Notes: generated from the sequence alone by a model not told the origin. Shown: positions 31,587 through 42,780, counted from the stretch's first letter. The stretch: 64,000 nucleotides of DNA from Planctomycetota bacterium (GCA_045047305.1 JASFYO010000016.1:1-64000), one strand, 5' to 3'. Translations and numbers: made by a program.

Positions 31587-33983
31587 CTAAGGCGTTTCGA
31601 ATCTGGCGCCGCGGGATTCAAAGCGGCCGGAATCGAGGTGATATCGCAGCCAATCGCCAACCGCAGAACGTCCATCTTCACCACGAAGCTTGGCGGGTAG
31701 GTTTTCAGCACCGATGGAAGTGATGGTACCGACGCGGGTGTCGACTTCGATGTGCGGACCGGACGCCAAAATATTTCCCCGAACGATTTGCGCTTCTTTC
31801 TCGAGGATGACGAGATCGCCGAGGTTTGGATAACGGGTCCAGTCAATGCGCTGTGCCGATCCGTGAGAATCGCCCGTTTGAAAACGAGCGTTGCCGATGG
31901 CCCAGCCACTTGTTTCTCCTAGCTCGACCTCATCGCCCCACAATTCATTGGGCGTTGCGTCTTCTTGGCGCTGCATGGAAAGGTAAGCGTTGTCGGCGAC
32001 AGACAATCTTCCACTCTCAAGATATCGAATACGCTCACCCCGGGCGTGAAAGACACTTCCGTTCTCGAGGGTTCCTTGAATGAAGGCGTTGTTGTCTTTG
32101 CCGTTGCGATTTCGGCCTTCGGCAAAAAATTGGATTTCGCTTCCAGGCTTCCAAATCACGCGGTCACCGGAGCCAGTAAGGCCTCCGCTCAACAGGACGT
32201 TGTCGCGCAATTCCCAGGTGCCATCTGCTTCGTGTTGCAAAATTTTCCGCGCGCGGATTTGAATGACATCCCCGACCAAACCAAGCGAGGATGCTGGGAC
32301 TTCGATAATCGGCGCATCTTCAATCGTGACCTCGGTTCCATTCCAGCTTAGGCGCCCACAATTTAATGCGACAGGGGTATCTCCAACCATGGCGCTTCCC
32401 GTAACGCGGGTTTGGGTGTTTGGATTGCTAAACAAACGAAAAGCCTTTTCTCCGGTTTGCTCTAGCCTTGCGCCACGCAGTTCCCGCCCTTGATGCTGGA
32501 CGAATAAGTTTCCACTTGCATAGGTGCGGCGCACGAGGCCATCGCTTGCAGAGCGACCGCGCTCCATTAAGGATTCCAAATGATTTCCCGAGGCAAGCAG
32601 GGGTTCATTCTCTACGCTCGCTTGTAAATGAAATCCAGCGTCCGTGAACACCCGCCCTTTTTCATTGAAGTGAATTTCAGGGCTACGGATCCAATCGACC
32701 TGACCGTCTTGCGGCTGAATTTCGGCGTTGCCACTCAGGACCCAATTCCCTTTACGATCCGTGTGCAACAAGTCACCCGAGGCCTTGCCCTCTTCCCCAG
32801 TGGCCAAAACAGAGCCACCGACTTCCCATTGAGTGGGGCCGAGCTCTGCCCAGTCACCAGCAAGAAAACCGCGCCCGTGCTTTGCCTGGAAATCGCCCTC
32901 TAGGCGCACGATTTCTGATTTGGGCTGAAACCGCGCATAGTCCGTTGCAGACGCCCATTCAAAGGAGTCATCCAAAGGAGTTACTGTGACCGGGCCAAGC
33001 ACAGTGAGGTATTCGAGATCGCCGTTTGCCTTCCAGATGACTTCACTATTCGTGCCTAACATTTCAATAGTTTCACCTTCCCAATGCGTGGGGCCGACCG
33101 CATTGGCAGTGGATGCAAGCCAACTTCCACTTCCAGAAGGGACGAGTTTAAGGGTCATGTCGCGAGTGTGCAGTACGCCCGGCATGGCCGACTCTTTCGG
33201 AAAGATGGTGCGGGCTTCTTCAATGGCGTGAAACTCAAGGTTGAAACTTTGGTTCGAGGTTTCATAAAAGGATCCAGGGCCATCACAAAAGCCCAGGAAG
33301 ACCGCGCCGCGTTCATCGCGAATCCTCCAGCTTAGTTCTCCATCAAGCGGTTGGAATTCCACGCGAGAGGTCTTCGGGTCGAAGAAAATATCGGACCCTT
33401 CAAGGCGCAGGTCGCCGGAAACAAGGAGAAAAGGACCGCGGCCGAAAATTTGGTTTGTCTGCGGATCCAGCTCGGCATGTTCCGTTTCAATGCGTAATGC
33501 GTTTCCCTCGTGAAAGTCTGTCATTTCAAAAACAGGGTCTTCCAATTGCCACAAGCGGTCCATATCAAAAGCGAAACGCTCTTGGCCTTGGGCTAAAGGA
33601 ATCCATGCCTTGGGAGAAGTCACGATAAAGGAAGTGTCCTTTACGTTGTTGGCATCGTCCGGCGAGTGAATCACAGAATCATCAAGGTGCATACCTTCGC
33701 CAAGCGGAACCGGATCCGTACCAATGACTTTATAGCTTGGCACTACGCGCACGCTGCCGTCGGGTTGTGGGAAGCGATTCTCGGCCTCCATTTCAACGTG
33801 GCCCTTAAAAGAAATCTCGGTCCAGCCTAAGCCGCGCATGCGTTGGCGAAATCCGGGTGGTGGCTTTTCGTCTCCGGCACCAATCGCTGCAGACTCCTCA
33901 GCATGACGCTGAAGGTCAACGGCAACAAGGGTTAGGGTAATAGCTGCACCCGTGATGCCGAGCAGACGAAGTCCGCGATTCAA
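31587..33983 (-). CDS. Large membrane-anchored beta-jellyroll (LptC/LptA/OstA-like) protein
   Basis: N-terminal TM, then repeated beta-rich units (L.G.A.I, A.G..I.Y); sits where lptC-lptA normally follow kdsC. Confidence 0.55.
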   Translation of the reverse strand: MNRGLRLLGITGAAITLTLVAVDLQRHAEESAAIGAGDEKPPPGFRQRMRGLGWTEISFKGHVEMEAENRFPQPDGSVRVVPSYKVIGTDPVPLGEGMHLDDSVIHSPDDANNVKDTSFIVTSPKAWIPLAQGQERFAFDMDRLWQLEDPVFEMTDFHEGNALRIETEHAELDPQTNQIFGRGPFLLVSGDLRLEGSDIFFDPKTSRVEFQPLDGELSWRIRDERGAVFLGFCDGPGSFYETSNQSFNLEFHAIEEARTIFPKESAMPGVLHTRDMTLKLVPSGSGSWLASTANAVGPTHWEGETIEMLGTNSEVIWKANGDLEYLTVLGPVTVTPLDDSFEWASATDYARFQPKSEIVRLEGDFQAKHGRGFLAGDWAELGPTQWEVGGSVLATGEEGKASGDLLHTDRKGNWVLSGNAEIQPQDGQVDWIRSPEIHFNEKGRVFTDAGFHLQASVENEPLLASGNHLESLMERGRSASDGLVRRTYASGNLFVQHQGRELRGARLEQTGEKAFRLFSNPNTQTRVTGSAMVGDTPVALNCGRLSWNGTEVTIEDAPIIEVPASSLGLVGDVIQIRARKILQHEADGTWELRDNVLLSGGLTGSGDRVIWKPGSEIQFFAEGRNRNGKDNNAFIQGTLENGSVFHARGERIRYLESGRLSVADNAYLSMQRQEDATPNELWGDEVELGETSGWAIGNARFQTGDSHGSAQRIDWTRYPNLGDLVILEKEAQIVRGNILASGPHIEVDTRVGTITSIGAENLPAKLRGEDGRSAVGDWLRYHLDSGRFESRGARFETP

Positions 33984-34495
33984 GAGCTCTCGACGTTAGA
34001 GCGCGCTTCTAAAAGAAGATTGCATGCTTCACGCAAAGCGCCGTGCCCAGCGTTGGCCCGGGTAATCCAATCAGCGCGCTTTCGTACTTCGCTTACGGCA
34101 GAGGGCGGTGCAAAATTTAGACCGGCTTCGCGGAACATGGAAAGGTCTGGGAGGTCATCGCCAATCGTAGCAACCTGATTTGGACGCAAGCCACGCGCCT
34201 CCATCATGCTGCGAATGAGCGGCCCCTTGTCCAACGATCCAAGATGAATTTCCTCCACACCTAAGCGTCGGGCACGATGTTCGACAGATGGATTTTTACG
34301 ACCACTGATGACCGCAATCTCTAATCCAGAACGAAGTAAGCGTACTACACCCAAACCATCTTGCACGCAGAAGGTAGCACTTTCGGTTCCGTCGGCGTGC
34401 ACAGTGATGCGCCCATCGGTCCAAACGCCGTCTACGTCGGAAACGAACAGGCGGATCTCGGAAGCGCGTTCTAAAAGCGTTGCAGGGAATGTCAT
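33980..34495 (-). CDS. kdsC: KDO-8-phosphate phosphatase
   Basis: HAD motifs DVDGVWTDG, ISGR, IGDDLPDL, GHGALRE. Confidence 0.93.
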   Translation of the reverse strand: MTFPATLLERASEIRLFVSDVDGVWTDGRITVHADGTESATFCVQDGLGVVRLLRSGLEIAVISGRKNPSVEHRARRLGVEEIHLGSLDKGPLIRSMMEARGLRPNQVATIGDDLPDLSMFREAGLNFAPPSAVSEVRKRADWITRANAGHGALREACNLLLEARSNVESS

Positions 34496-35478
34496 AGGCG
34501 AACCTCCAAAAGGTCTTGTACGTCGACGAGCCCAATCACGCGGCGACTGTCGTTAGCGAGCACCGGCATTTGGTCGACGTGAGAATCTTTGAACAAACGT
34601 AAAACCTCTCCAACCAAAAGGTCTTCCTGTACGTGACGCGGATTGGCGCCCATGTATAAATCAATGGGTTCGCCTAGCGGGAGTTGACCGGCTTCAGCGA
34701 GGCGCCGGACATCGCCATCGGTGAAGATGCCGAGAAGTTGGTTTTTTGCGTCGACAATTACGGCAGCGCCAGGGCGACCAGAAGTTTTGGTCATGACACG
34801 AAGCGCATCACGTACCGTTTGGCCGCTTTGCACTAAGGGTAGCTGCGTTCCACTGCGCATCATCTCGCCAACCTTCATCAGTGATTTGCCTAAAGAACCG
34901 GCGGGATGGAAGCGGGCAAATTCTTCACGTGTGAAATCGCGGCTTTCCAAAACGGCCATGGCGAGAGCGTCGCCCAGGGCCAACATTTTGGTGGTGCTTA
35001 CAGTAGGGGCTAAACCCAGCGGGCAGGCTTCTGGAGCATCGCCCAATTCCAAAACTAGGTCCGCGTGTTTGCCGAGCGGAGAATCGGCCGAAGTGCAAAA
35101 GGCAATCACGCTTGCGCCAATCGCTTTAACTGCCGGAATGAGCAGTACTACTTCGCGGGTTGCACCACTTTTTGATAGGGCGAGAAGTAAGTCCTCGGGG
35201 CACAGTCGTCCAAGATCCCCATGCAGGGCTTCTCCCGGATGAAGGAAAAGGCTAGGGGTTCCGGTGCTGGCCAGGGTGGCAGAGATTTTTTGCCCCACAA
35301 TCCCGGCTTTGCCCATACCGCTTACAACTACTCGACCCTCGCAGGCCAAAATGGAGTCGCAGGCGGCAGAAAATGAAGGCCCTAGAAGCTGAGCGAGCTC
35401 TTGGAGGGCCTCGGCTTCAAGCCGGAGAACCTCAAGGCCACGGGAAAGTGCCCGGGTAGTATCGAAAACCATGCGCAT
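34492..35478 (-). CDS. kdsD: Arabinose-5-phosphate isomerase (KpsF/GutQ family, SIS + CBS)
   Basis: Motifs SGMGKAG, STGTPS, EALHGDLG, EACPLGLAPT, FHPAGSLG, GIFTDGD. Start uncertain. Confidence 0.94.
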   Translation of the reverse strand: MRMVFDTTRALSRGLEVLRLEAEALQELAQLLGPSFSAACDSILACEGRVVVSGMGKAGIVGQKISATLASTGTPSLFLHPGEALHGDLGRLCPEDLLLALSKSGATREVVLLIPAVKAIGASVIAFCTSADSPLGKHADLVLELGDAPEACPLGLAPTVSTTKMLALGDALAMAVLESRDFTREEFARFHPAGSLGKSLMKVGEMMRSGTQLPLVQSGQTVRDALRVMTKTSGRPGAAVIVDAKNQLLGIFTDGDVRRLAEAGQLPLGEPIDLYMGANPRHVQEDLLVGEVLRLFKDSHVDQMPVLANDSRRVIGLVDVQDLLEVRL

Positions 35479-35555
35479 GTGCCGTGTGGGTGGGAAAGCC
35501 CCATCCATGGCTTATTGTAGGGGAAGTGCCGGCATGGGAGAATGCCTGCCGTCAA

Positions 35556-36230
35556 ATGGACACCTTTACTCTCGTCGGATCGATTGCCATCGTGGTGGTA
35601 GGACTTACCACTCACGAAGCCGCGCACGCCTGGACCGCAAACCGCCTTGGTGATCCAACGGCTAGGTTAATGGGGCGGCTCACGCTTAACCCCTTGCCTC
35701 ATATAGACTTAGTCCTAACCGTACTGCTGCCAATCATGCTTATGCTCACCACCGGCATGGCATTTGGCGGGGCAAAGCCAGTCCCTGTGCAGGTCCATCG
35801 GTTCCGCAATCCCATGAAGGGAATGGCATTGGTTGCCATTGCAGGTCCCGCCAGTAATCTTCTCCAGGCGATTTTTTGGTCTGGGGTCATGAGCTTCTTT
35901 CTTCACTTTGGAATCTGGGAATACAGCGCCCAGGGCATAAATATCTTGGTTGTGGGAGTGGTGTTCAACATTGTGCTCATGGTCTTTAACCTCGTTCCGA
36001 TTCCTCCATTAGATGGGAGTCGTGTGGTGTTCTATTTTCTGGGGACCGAGGCACGAAAGGTTTATGGGAGGTTCGAGCGTTTTGGCATCCTCATAGTTTT
36101 TGCCCTCATCTTCCTGGCACGCGATACCTTTTGGACTGTCCTCTATGCCGTTATCAGGCCGGTGGTAAAATTCGTATTCTGGGTGACAGCATTGCCCGAG
36201 GCCGAACAGCTCCTGCATCAGATTTTCTAA
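35556..36230 (+). CDS. Site-2 protease (peptidase M50 family)
   Basis: Motifs HEAAH, GRLTLNPLPHID, AGPASN, FNLVPIPPLDG. Confidence 0.93.
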   Translation: MDTFTLVGSIAIVVVGLTTHEAAHAWTANRLGDPTARLMGRLTLNPLPHIDLVLTVLLPIMLMLTTGMAFGGAKPVPVQVHRFRNPMKGMALVAIAGPASNLLQAIFWSGVMSFFLHFGIWEYSAQGINILVVGVVFNIVLMVFNLVPIPPLDGSRVVFYFLGTEARKVYGRFERFGILIVFALIFLARDTFWTVLYAVIRPVVKFVFWVTALPEAEQLLHQIF

Positions 36231-36238
36231 GCCGCTTC

Positions 36239-37189
36239 ATGATTGAACCCGTTGACCCTTCGATGCTCCCTCCTTCTCGCTTGCATGCCGCTGGCGATGA
36301 TGGGGTTGATGCACAGTCGGAGCCGGTCCCAGTTGAGGTTGCCAAGCTTGGTTTCCAGGTGCAACTTGATCGTGTGTTTTTTGGCCCACTGGACCTCTTA
36401 CTGCAGCTGGTCCGGGATAAGGAGCTGGAAATTCACGTGGTTGCATTAGCAGATGTTTGTGATGCCTATTGCAAGTACATCCGCAACCTAGGCGAAGTCG
36501 ATGTCGACGAAGCCGCAGATTACCTAGTCTTAGCAGCAACTTTATTGGCTATCAAGAGTCGCTCCTTGTTGCCCCAAGAGGAGGTTGAGGTCGATGAAGA
36601 CCCATTCGATCCTGGTGAAGAATTGGTGCAGCAACTGTTGGCGTACAAAGAGCTACGTCGCGTTGCCGACGGCTTGCGTGATCGCTGGGATAAGCGCAAC
36701 CGTATGTTGCCTGCAGGCGGTCGCTGGATTGGTCAAGTGGAAGAGATGGAGTCGGAGGATTCGGAAGAAGCCGAGTTTGATATCGGCGATATTTCGATTT
36801 GGGATTTGCTGCAAGTATTCAGTCGTTTGGAAGCGGAAACGGGTTTTCTACGGCCTCACCATGTGCGCCCAGTTGGCAAGCCATTACGCGCTTATGTGGA
36901 GGAGTTATGGCACCGAATCCAGCAATCAGAAGCGACATCGCTTCACACCATTCTTGCTGAGGAAAACGTTCCTCGCGGGGATGCTGCTTACTACCTGGTC
37001 GCGCTTTTGGAGCTCGCTAAGCAACAACAAGTCGACATCAAACAGGATGCCCCATTCGCCGATGTTCTGGTGAGCCGGCGCGCAAACGCTGGCGTTTTAC
37101 ACCTTGAAGACATCGACGAGACTTTCGACCGCCAGCATGAAGAATACGATCCCGAACTCGGGGAACTTCTTGGCGACGAACCGCTCTAA
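36239..37189 (+). CDS. scpA: Segregation and condensation protein A (SMC kleisin)
   Basis: Motifs FFGPLDLLLQLV, AADYLVLAATLLAIKSRSLLP, ALLELAK...QDAPF. Confidence 0.93.
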   Translation: MIEPVDPSMLPPSRLHAAGDDGVDAQSEPVPVEVAKLGFQVQLDRVFFGPLDLLLQLVRDKELEIHVVALADVCDAYCKYIRNLGEVDVDEAADYLVLAATLLAIKSRSLLPQEEVEVDEDPFDPGEELVQQLLAYKELRRVADGLRDRWDKRNRMLPAGGRWIGQVEEMESEDSEEAEFDIGDISIWDLLQVFSRLEAETGFLRPHHVRPVGKPLRAYVEELWHRIQQSEATSLHTILAEENVPRGDAAYYLVALLELAKQQQVDIKQDAPFADVLVSRRANAGVLHLEDIDETFDRQHEEYDPELGELLGDEPL

Positions 37190-37196
37190 TAGAATC

Positions 37197-37520
37197 ATGT
37201 CGAACGCACTTGACGTCACAGATGAAAGCTTCCAAAAAGAAGTGATCGAATCCACCACTCCCGTCCTGGTTGACTTCTGGGCACCATGGTGTGGTCCATG
37301 TAAAGCAATGGGGCCCTCGGTGGACAAGCTTGCAGAAGAAATGGGCGACAAGCTCAAGGTTGTAAAGCACGACACCCAAGACAATCCCAACACGCCAGCC
37401 TCGATGGGCGTGATGGGGATTCCTTGCTTCCTTATTTTTAAAGGCGGTGAAGAAGTCGCTCGCTCTGCGGGCATGATGAACTTCGAACAGTTTAAGGCTT
37501 TCGTAGAGCCACACGTTTAA
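37197..37520 (+). CDS. trxA: Thioredoxin
   Basis: VDFWAPWCGPCK; 107 aa from ATG 37197. Confidence 0.96.
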   Translation: MSNALDVTDESFQKEVIESTTPVLVDFWAPWCGPCKAMGPSVDKLAEEMGDKLKVVKHDTQDNPNTPASMGVMGIPCFLIFKGGEEVARSAGMMNFEQFKAFVEPHV

Positions 37521-37527
37521 AGCAAAT

Positions 37528-38481
37528 TTGCGCATCGCCTTTCTCGGCTCCCCGCCGTTTGCTGTTGCATCCTTTGCGGCAGTCATAGACGCGGGCTTGG
37601 AAGTCGTGGGTTTGGTGACTGCACCCCCTCGGCTTGCGGGGCGTGGACGCAAAGAAGCACCAAATTCACTGGTAGATTTGGCGCGCGCGCATGGTATTCC
37701 AGTCCTGCGTCCAGAATCCGCTCGCGATCAAGAGTTTCAAAATGCGTTTGCTTCATGGCAAGCGGATTTGGGGGCGGTGGTGAGCTATGGTCAAATTCTT
37801 AACGCGCCGATGCTCGAACTTCCAAGTATGGGTTGCATCAATCTGCATGGTTCCGTGTTACCGCGATGGCGAGGAGCGAGTCCTGTTCAGGCGTCGATTC
37901 TTGCGGGCGATTCCTATGCGGGAATCAGTTTGCAAAAAATGGTGCTAGCACTTGATGCTGGCGAGGTATTGGCTGAAGCGCGTATCCCATTAGATGGGAG
38001 CGAGGAGGCGCCGCAGCTAACGCAAGATCTTGCCGCCCTTGGTGCAGAGTTTTTGGTTGCTTCGCTGCGTAGTTACACAGCGAAGGGGAAGCTCTCGGAA
38101 GGCACCGTGCAAGACGAGAGCTTGGTTACCACGTGCAGAAAAATTCGCAAATCAGATGGCGTTTTGGATTGGTCAGAACCGGTCGTTTGCTTGGAGCGGC
38201 GCATCCGCGCGATGGCTGGATGGCCATGTGGTCAAACCTGGTTGCCCGACGGCAGTGGTTTGCGAGTCCATGCAGGATCCATCGTGGACATTTCAAGCCC
38301 GTTAGGCCAAGCAGGTACCATCATTTCACTCGAAGGTGGAATCACGGTCGCTTGCGGTGAAGGAAGCTATCGTATTGAATCTTTACAGCGTGAAGGCAAA
38401 GCGCGGATGGAAGCTAAGGCATTCCTCCTAGGCGCTCGTTTAGAAGTTGGGCAGCAATTGAAATCTAAAAGTCATGAGTAA
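37528..38481 (+). CDS. fmt: Methionyl-tRNA formyltransferase
   Basis: Motifs FLGSPPFA, GRGRK, INLHGSVLPRWRGASP, LDAG. Confidence 0.95.
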   Translation: MRIAFLGSPPFAVASFAAVIDAGLEVVGLVTAPPRLAGRGRKEAPNSLVDLARAHGIPVLRPESARDQEFQNAFASWQADLGAVVSYGQILNAPMLELPSMGCINLHGSVLPRWRGASPVQASILAGDSYAGISLQKMVLALDAGEVLAEARIPLDGSEEAPQLTQDLAALGAEFLVASLRSYTAKGKLSEGTVQDESLVTTCRKIRKSDGVLDWSEPVVCLERRIRAMAGWPCGQTWLPDGSGLRVHAGSIVDISSPLGQAGTIISLEGGITVACGEGSYRIESLQREGKARMEAKAFLLGARLEVGQQLKSKSHE

Positions 38482-39826
38482 AACCGAATACACTGATGTG
38501 CGCCGCGTGGTCTGGCTGCTTCTTTCTAGCAAAGAAGAATTCCCATCTCGAGCATTGGACGCCGCTTTAGATGAAGTGGAGTGCCATCCGCGCGACCGTG
38601 GTTTAGCAAAAGAGATTCTTTCGGGATCACTACGCGCGCGCGTCACCCTGGATAAAATTGCCCAAGCCTATGCAACGCGGCGCATCAAGGAAGAGCCGCT
38701 GCTTATCGCTTTGTCCATCGGCCTTTACCAGTTGCTGTATCTGGACCGTGTGCCAATTCACGCTGCGATTGATTCAACCATGAACGCGGTGAAGCCGGAG
38801 TTGGCGACCAAGTCCGGTTTTTTGAATGCCGTTTTGCGCGCCGTATCGCGAAAAGCGAAGCCATCGAAGCTTGGGCTTGCACCAGCACCCGACCGTTTAC
38901 CGGATCCTGCTTGGCAGTTTGATCGTAAAGTTTTTGCGGATCCGGTGAAAGATCCGATGGGGCACCTTTCCGAGACCCGGGGCTACTCCAAATTCCTGCT
39001 TAAGCGATGGTGGGAAACCGTAGGTGAAGAAACGACACGGTTGCGTGCGGAAGTTTTGAATCGGAAGGCCGCATTGTGGCTGCGCGTGAACCCATTGCGC
39101 TGTAATGCGGCTGAAGCGAAAATGGCTTTAGAATCAGCGGGCATTGAAGTCGAAGCTGAAATTGAATCTGGCATGCTGCGTATTGTTTCGCACACGGAAG
39201 CAGGGCCCTTGCCGACTTGGCCAGGCTTTGAGGAAGGCCATTGGTCGGTCCAGGACATAACCTCGTATCAATCGGTAGCGCTTGCTAAGCCTAAAGCCGG
39301 GGAGCGGATTTTGGACTTGTGCGCTGCTCCGGGCGGGAAGAGTTTTGCGGCATATGAGATGTCGGGTGGTAAGGCAGAAGTACTAGCATGCGATATTTCG
39401 GAGACACGCTTGGCGTCTTTAGAGATGGAAGCAAAACGCTTGGGCCATGACATCCAAACTTTGGTTCTGGATCCGGAGGGGGGCAACCTTCCGCAGGGGC
39501 CGTGGGATCTCGTCCTGTGCGATGTACCGTGCTCAAACACAGGCGTGTTAAATAAACGCCCCGAAGCACGTGGCCGGTTTTCTAAGGTCGAGTTTCATAA
39601 AATTGTGACCCTGCAAAACGTATTGCGTAAACGTTTGATACTTCCTGTCGTGGAAGACCAAACAAGGATTCTATGGAGCACCTGTTCTTTAGAGATCGAG
39701 GAAAATCAAGAATCCGCTGCCCGTTTAGCGAAAGCGTCTGATCGCGTAGTTATTTCTGAGCAGGCATTTGAACCAACCTATACCAGTGCGGGTGGTTATG
39801 CCGCATTGGTTGAAAAGCAGCCCTAA
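38474..39826 (+). CDS. rsmB: 16S rRNA m5C967 methyltransferase (NusB-like + SAM domain)
   Basis: Motifs GFLNAVLR, LRVN, VQD, DLCAAPGGKS, DVPCS, WSTCS; follows fmt. Confidence 0.9.
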   Translation: MSKTEYTDVRRVVWLLLSSKEEFPSRALDAALDEVECHPRDRGLAKEILSGSLRARVTLDKIAQAYATRRIKEEPLLIALSIGLYQLLYLDRVPIHAAIDSTMNAVKPELATKSGFLNAVLRAVSRKAKPSKLGLAPAPDRLPDPAWQFDRKVFADPVKDPMGHLSETRGYSKFLLKRWWETVGEETTRLRAEVLNRKAALWLRVNPLRCNAAEAKMALESAGIEVEAEIESGMLRIVSHTEAGPLPTWPGFEEGHWSVQDITSYQSVALAKPKAGERILDLCAAPGGKSFAAYEMSGGKAEVLACDISETRLASLEMEAKRLGHDIQTLVLDPEGGNLPQGPWDLVLCDVPCSNTGVLNKRPEARGRFSKVEFHKIVTLQNVLRKRLILPVVEDQTRILWSTCSLEIEENQESAARLAKASDRVVISEQAFEPTYTSAGGYAALVEKQP

Positions 39827-39835
39827 CTTCATTTC

Positions 39836-40369
39836 ATGAACTCAATTAAACCCCTACGTAAAAAACGCAAGCATCAAAAGCGCCGCCGTGGCGGCTGTTT
39901 GGGGAATCTATTCTTTCTACTCATTGGTCTGATTGCAGGCGGTATTGGGCTTTACGTGTATGACCACGGAGCCGATCAAGCGTTGAAAGATTGGAAAGCC
40001 TTATTTAAAGAGGAGGAGGAACCCGTTGCGGTAAACCCATCCACAGGCGGTAAGGTCGTGGATGCCGTCAAGATGGACTTGCGTCCACTGTATTTACAAG
40101 ACGAGCGCTGGGTTGAAGCGATTGGAAAAGGAGAAGAAGGCAAAGCCCTGTTCGAGCTTGCGGTAAAAGATCATTACGGCGACAACGGTGATCCATTTCT
40201 ATTTCGTTCGCGCATGTCCGACGCCTCGGAACTCATGGGTGAAGCGTTAGAGAGCCTTCGCGCGATGCGCGAGCAATATAAGGACAAGCCTAATTCCGTG
40301 AATGAAATCGATAAAATGATACGCCGCTACTCAGGATTTTTAGATGAGTTCGGAAAAGGTGTGCGTTAA
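39836..40369 (+). CDS. Hypothetical membrane-anchored protein
   Basis: Basic N-terminus, one TM helix, helical domain; fills the gap in a co-directional operon. Confidence 0.7.
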   Translation: MNSIKPLRKKRKHQKRRRGGCLGNLFFLLIGLIAGGIGLYVYDHGADQALKDWKALFKEEEEPVAVNPSTGGKVVDAVKMDLRPLYLQDERWVEAIGKGEEGKALFELAVKDHYGDNGDPFLFRSRMSDASELMGEALESLRAMREQYKDKPNSVNEIDKMIRRYSGFLDEFGKGVR

Positions 40370-40375
40370 TTTGTC

Positions 40376-41212
40376 ATGATTCAACTTGGCTACAACTCGA
40401 ACGGGTTTACCTCCCATCGCTTGGATGAGGCCTTGCCTTGGCTGGCAGAGTTGGGTTATCAAATAGTTGCGCTTACTCCAGACGTCGGGCATCTAGATCC
40501 GCGGCTCTCGGTCGAATCTGATGTCGCAAGGATTGGGCAGCTCTGTAAAGGCTTAGGCTTGGGCGTGGTCATCGAAACAGGTGCGCGGTATTTGTTGGAC
40601 CCGCGACGTAAGCATCGGCCAAACCTATTGGAGCTCGATTCCAGTTCCGCAGTACGATTGCGATCATTGCATCAAATGCTGGATTGGTGTGCACCGCTGG
40701 GGTCAAAAATTGTTTCGCTTTGGTCGGGCGCTTTGCCTGATGGTCAAAGCGATAAGGGTGCACGCTCAGCATTTATAAGCGGGGTTGTGGAGCTTGCCTT
40801 GCACGCAGAAGATGTTGGCGTTTGTCTTGCGCTAGAGCCAGAGCCGGGGCATTGGTTGGCTAATCTTGGTGACTGGGAACGACTGCGCGAAGACTTGCCA
40901 AGTGGGGTTGGATTAAGTTTAGATGTCGGACATCTTTTGGTGAACGATACCTACAGTCCGGCCGAAGCGATAGAACGGTTCGGCGCCGATATCCTGAATT
41001 TGCAGTTGGATGATATGCGCCGAGGCGAGCACCTTCATCTTCCACCGGGTGAAGGCGATTTAGATTGGGCTGCTTTAGTGAAAGCGTGCACAAAATTCCC
41101 GAACGATTTACCGGCATGTTTTGAGCTCAGCCGCGACAGTCATCGCTTTCACGAATTGGCCCCACGTTGTTTGGAAATGTGGCGAGCACTAGAAGCCCGA
41201 CAACGTACATGA
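40376..41212 (+). CDS. Sugar phosphate isomerase/epimerase (xylose isomerase-like TIM barrel)
   Basis: Motifs [45 protein letters not shown]. Confidence 0.88.
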   Translation: MIQLGYNSNGFTSHRLDEALPWLAELGYQIVALTPDVGHLDPRLSVESDVARIGQLCKGLGLGVVIETGARYLLDPRRKHRPNLLELDSSSAVRLRSLHQMLDWCAPLGSKIVSLWSGALPDGQSDKGARSAFISGVVELALHAEDVGVCLALEPEPGHWLANLGDWERLREDLPSGVGLSLDVGHLLVNDTYSPAEAIERFGADILNLQLDDMRRGEHLHLPPGEGDLDWAALVKACTKFPNDLPACFELSRDSHRFHELAPRCLEMWRALEARQRT

Positions 41213-42780
41213 GTTCGGTCGATGCAGTGGTTCGTCGCGTTGCGCATCAAGCAAACACTTGGCGTGCATTAGATGCACCGCGTCGCGCCGATATCCTGCA
41301 GAGTTGCATGCAAGGCGTACTTGATGTTGCGCGGCCGTGGGTGGAAGTTACTTGTGCCGCAAAGGGCATCGCTATGGATTCCCCACTTGCGGGCGAGGAG
41401 TGGTACACCGGGCCGAGTATTCTTTTACGTCATCTGCGGCTTTATCGCGACACTCTATTACGTGGCGGAATTCCGTCCTCCAGAATCGTGAGGTTCGAAA
41501 ATTCCTGGAGAGCTAAAGTTTTCCCCTTTGAGTTTTGGGATTCCATCTTGTTCCCTGGCCTACGCGCGGAAGTTCAAGGCTTGCCCAATTCGGAGCCGAC
41601 TTGCCTAAGCATCGGCGAGGGCGGCTGCGTTGCGGTATTGGGTGCGGGGAATGTGCAGTCGATAACTCCACTCGACATTCTTTATCAACTGTTAAAGGAA
41701 AACCGTGTAGTCGTGGCCAAGATGAACCCGGTGAACGCCTATTTACAGCCACTTCTAGAAGAAGCATTTGCACCGATGGTGGCAGCGGGTTTTTTAGGCT
41801 TCGTAGAGGGCGGCGCTAAGGAGGGAGAAGAATTAATTGCGCATTCGAAAATAACGGCGGTCCATCTTACTGGTGCCGAGGCCAGTTTTCGGCGCGTCTT
41901 GCAGACGTCAGGCGTGGAAGAAAAAGAAGTCACTGCAGAACTTGGCGCAGTCTCGCCCGTTATTGTGGTTCCGGGTGCGTGGTCACGTTCCGATATCCAG
42001 TTTCAAGCCAAACAAATTGCAGGCATGATGCTGGTGAACAATGGATTTAACTGCAATGCTCCGAAATTGCTTGTTACGTCTAAGCGTTGGGCGCAACGCG
42101 AATCATTTCTCCAAGCAGTGCGCGAAGCATTGCTTAAGGCACCAAAACGAAAAGCTTGGTATCCAGGCGCGGAAGAGCGCTGGTCGCGTTTTGTCCGTGA
42201 ATATGGTGGTACGGTTCCGCCGCATGCGAAGGGTGAATTGCCACCAGTTCTGCTGCAGGATGTTTTGCCTCAATGCGGGCAGCTCGCATTGCGCGAAGAA
42301 GCATTTTGTCCCATTCTCGCCGAAACATCATTGCCCTCACTGGATGAAGTTTCTTTTCTTAAGGAAGCGGTCAATTTGGTTAACGACTCGGTTTACGGAA
42401 CGCTTTCATGCACCATCATTGCGGCACGAAGCACCAATAAGGAGGCCTTGGATGCAGCCATACGCGGGCTCCGTTACGGAACCATTGGCGTGAACGTTTG
42501 GGCTGGACTGGGTTTTGCATTAGGCACAACCACCTGGGGAGCCTACCCCGGCCACACCAGAGAAGAGCCAGGATCCGGCATTGGTGTGGTGCACAATTCG
42601 TTCCTGCTTGATCATCCGTGTCGCACCATATTGCGCGGCCGGTTTCGCCCATGGCTGAAACCATTTTGGATGCCAGGGCATAAATCCTTAGGCAAACTAG
42701 GGGAGAGGCTTGTGGATTATGAGTTTGCACCGAGCGCCGGCAAGGTCCTGGCGCTAATTCCGGGCGCATTGTTGGGTTGA
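41209..42780 (+). CDS. Aldehyde dehydrogenase family protein
   Basis: Motifs LGAGN, KMNPVN, HLTG, AELG (catalytic Glu), NGFNCNAP (catalytic Cys), EAFCP. Confidence 0.88.
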   Translation: MSSVDAVVRRVAHQANTWRALDAPRRADILQSCMQGVLDVARPWVEVTCAAKGIAMDSPLAGEEWYTGPSILLRHLRLYRDTLLRGGIPSSRIVRFENSWRAKVFPFEFWDSILFPGLRAEVQGLPNSEPTCLSIGEGGCVAVLGAGNVQSITPLDILYQLLKENRVVVAKMNPVNAYLQPLLEEAFAPMVAAGFLGFVEGGAKEGEELIAHSKITAVHLTGAEASFRRVLQTSGVEEKEVTAELGAVSPVIVVPGAWSRSDIQFQAKQIAGMMLVNNGFNCNAPKLLVTSKRWAQRESFLQAVREALLKAPKRKAWYPGAEERWSRFVREYGGTVPPHAKGELPPVLLQDVLPQCGQLALREEAFCPILAETSLPSLDEVSFLKEAVNLVNDSVYGTLSCTIIAARSTNKEALDAAIRGLRYGTIGVNVWAGLGFALGTTTWGAYPGHTREEPGSGIGVVHNSFLLDHPCRTILRGRFRPWLKPFWMPGHKSLGKLGERLVDYEFAPSAGKVLALIPGALLG

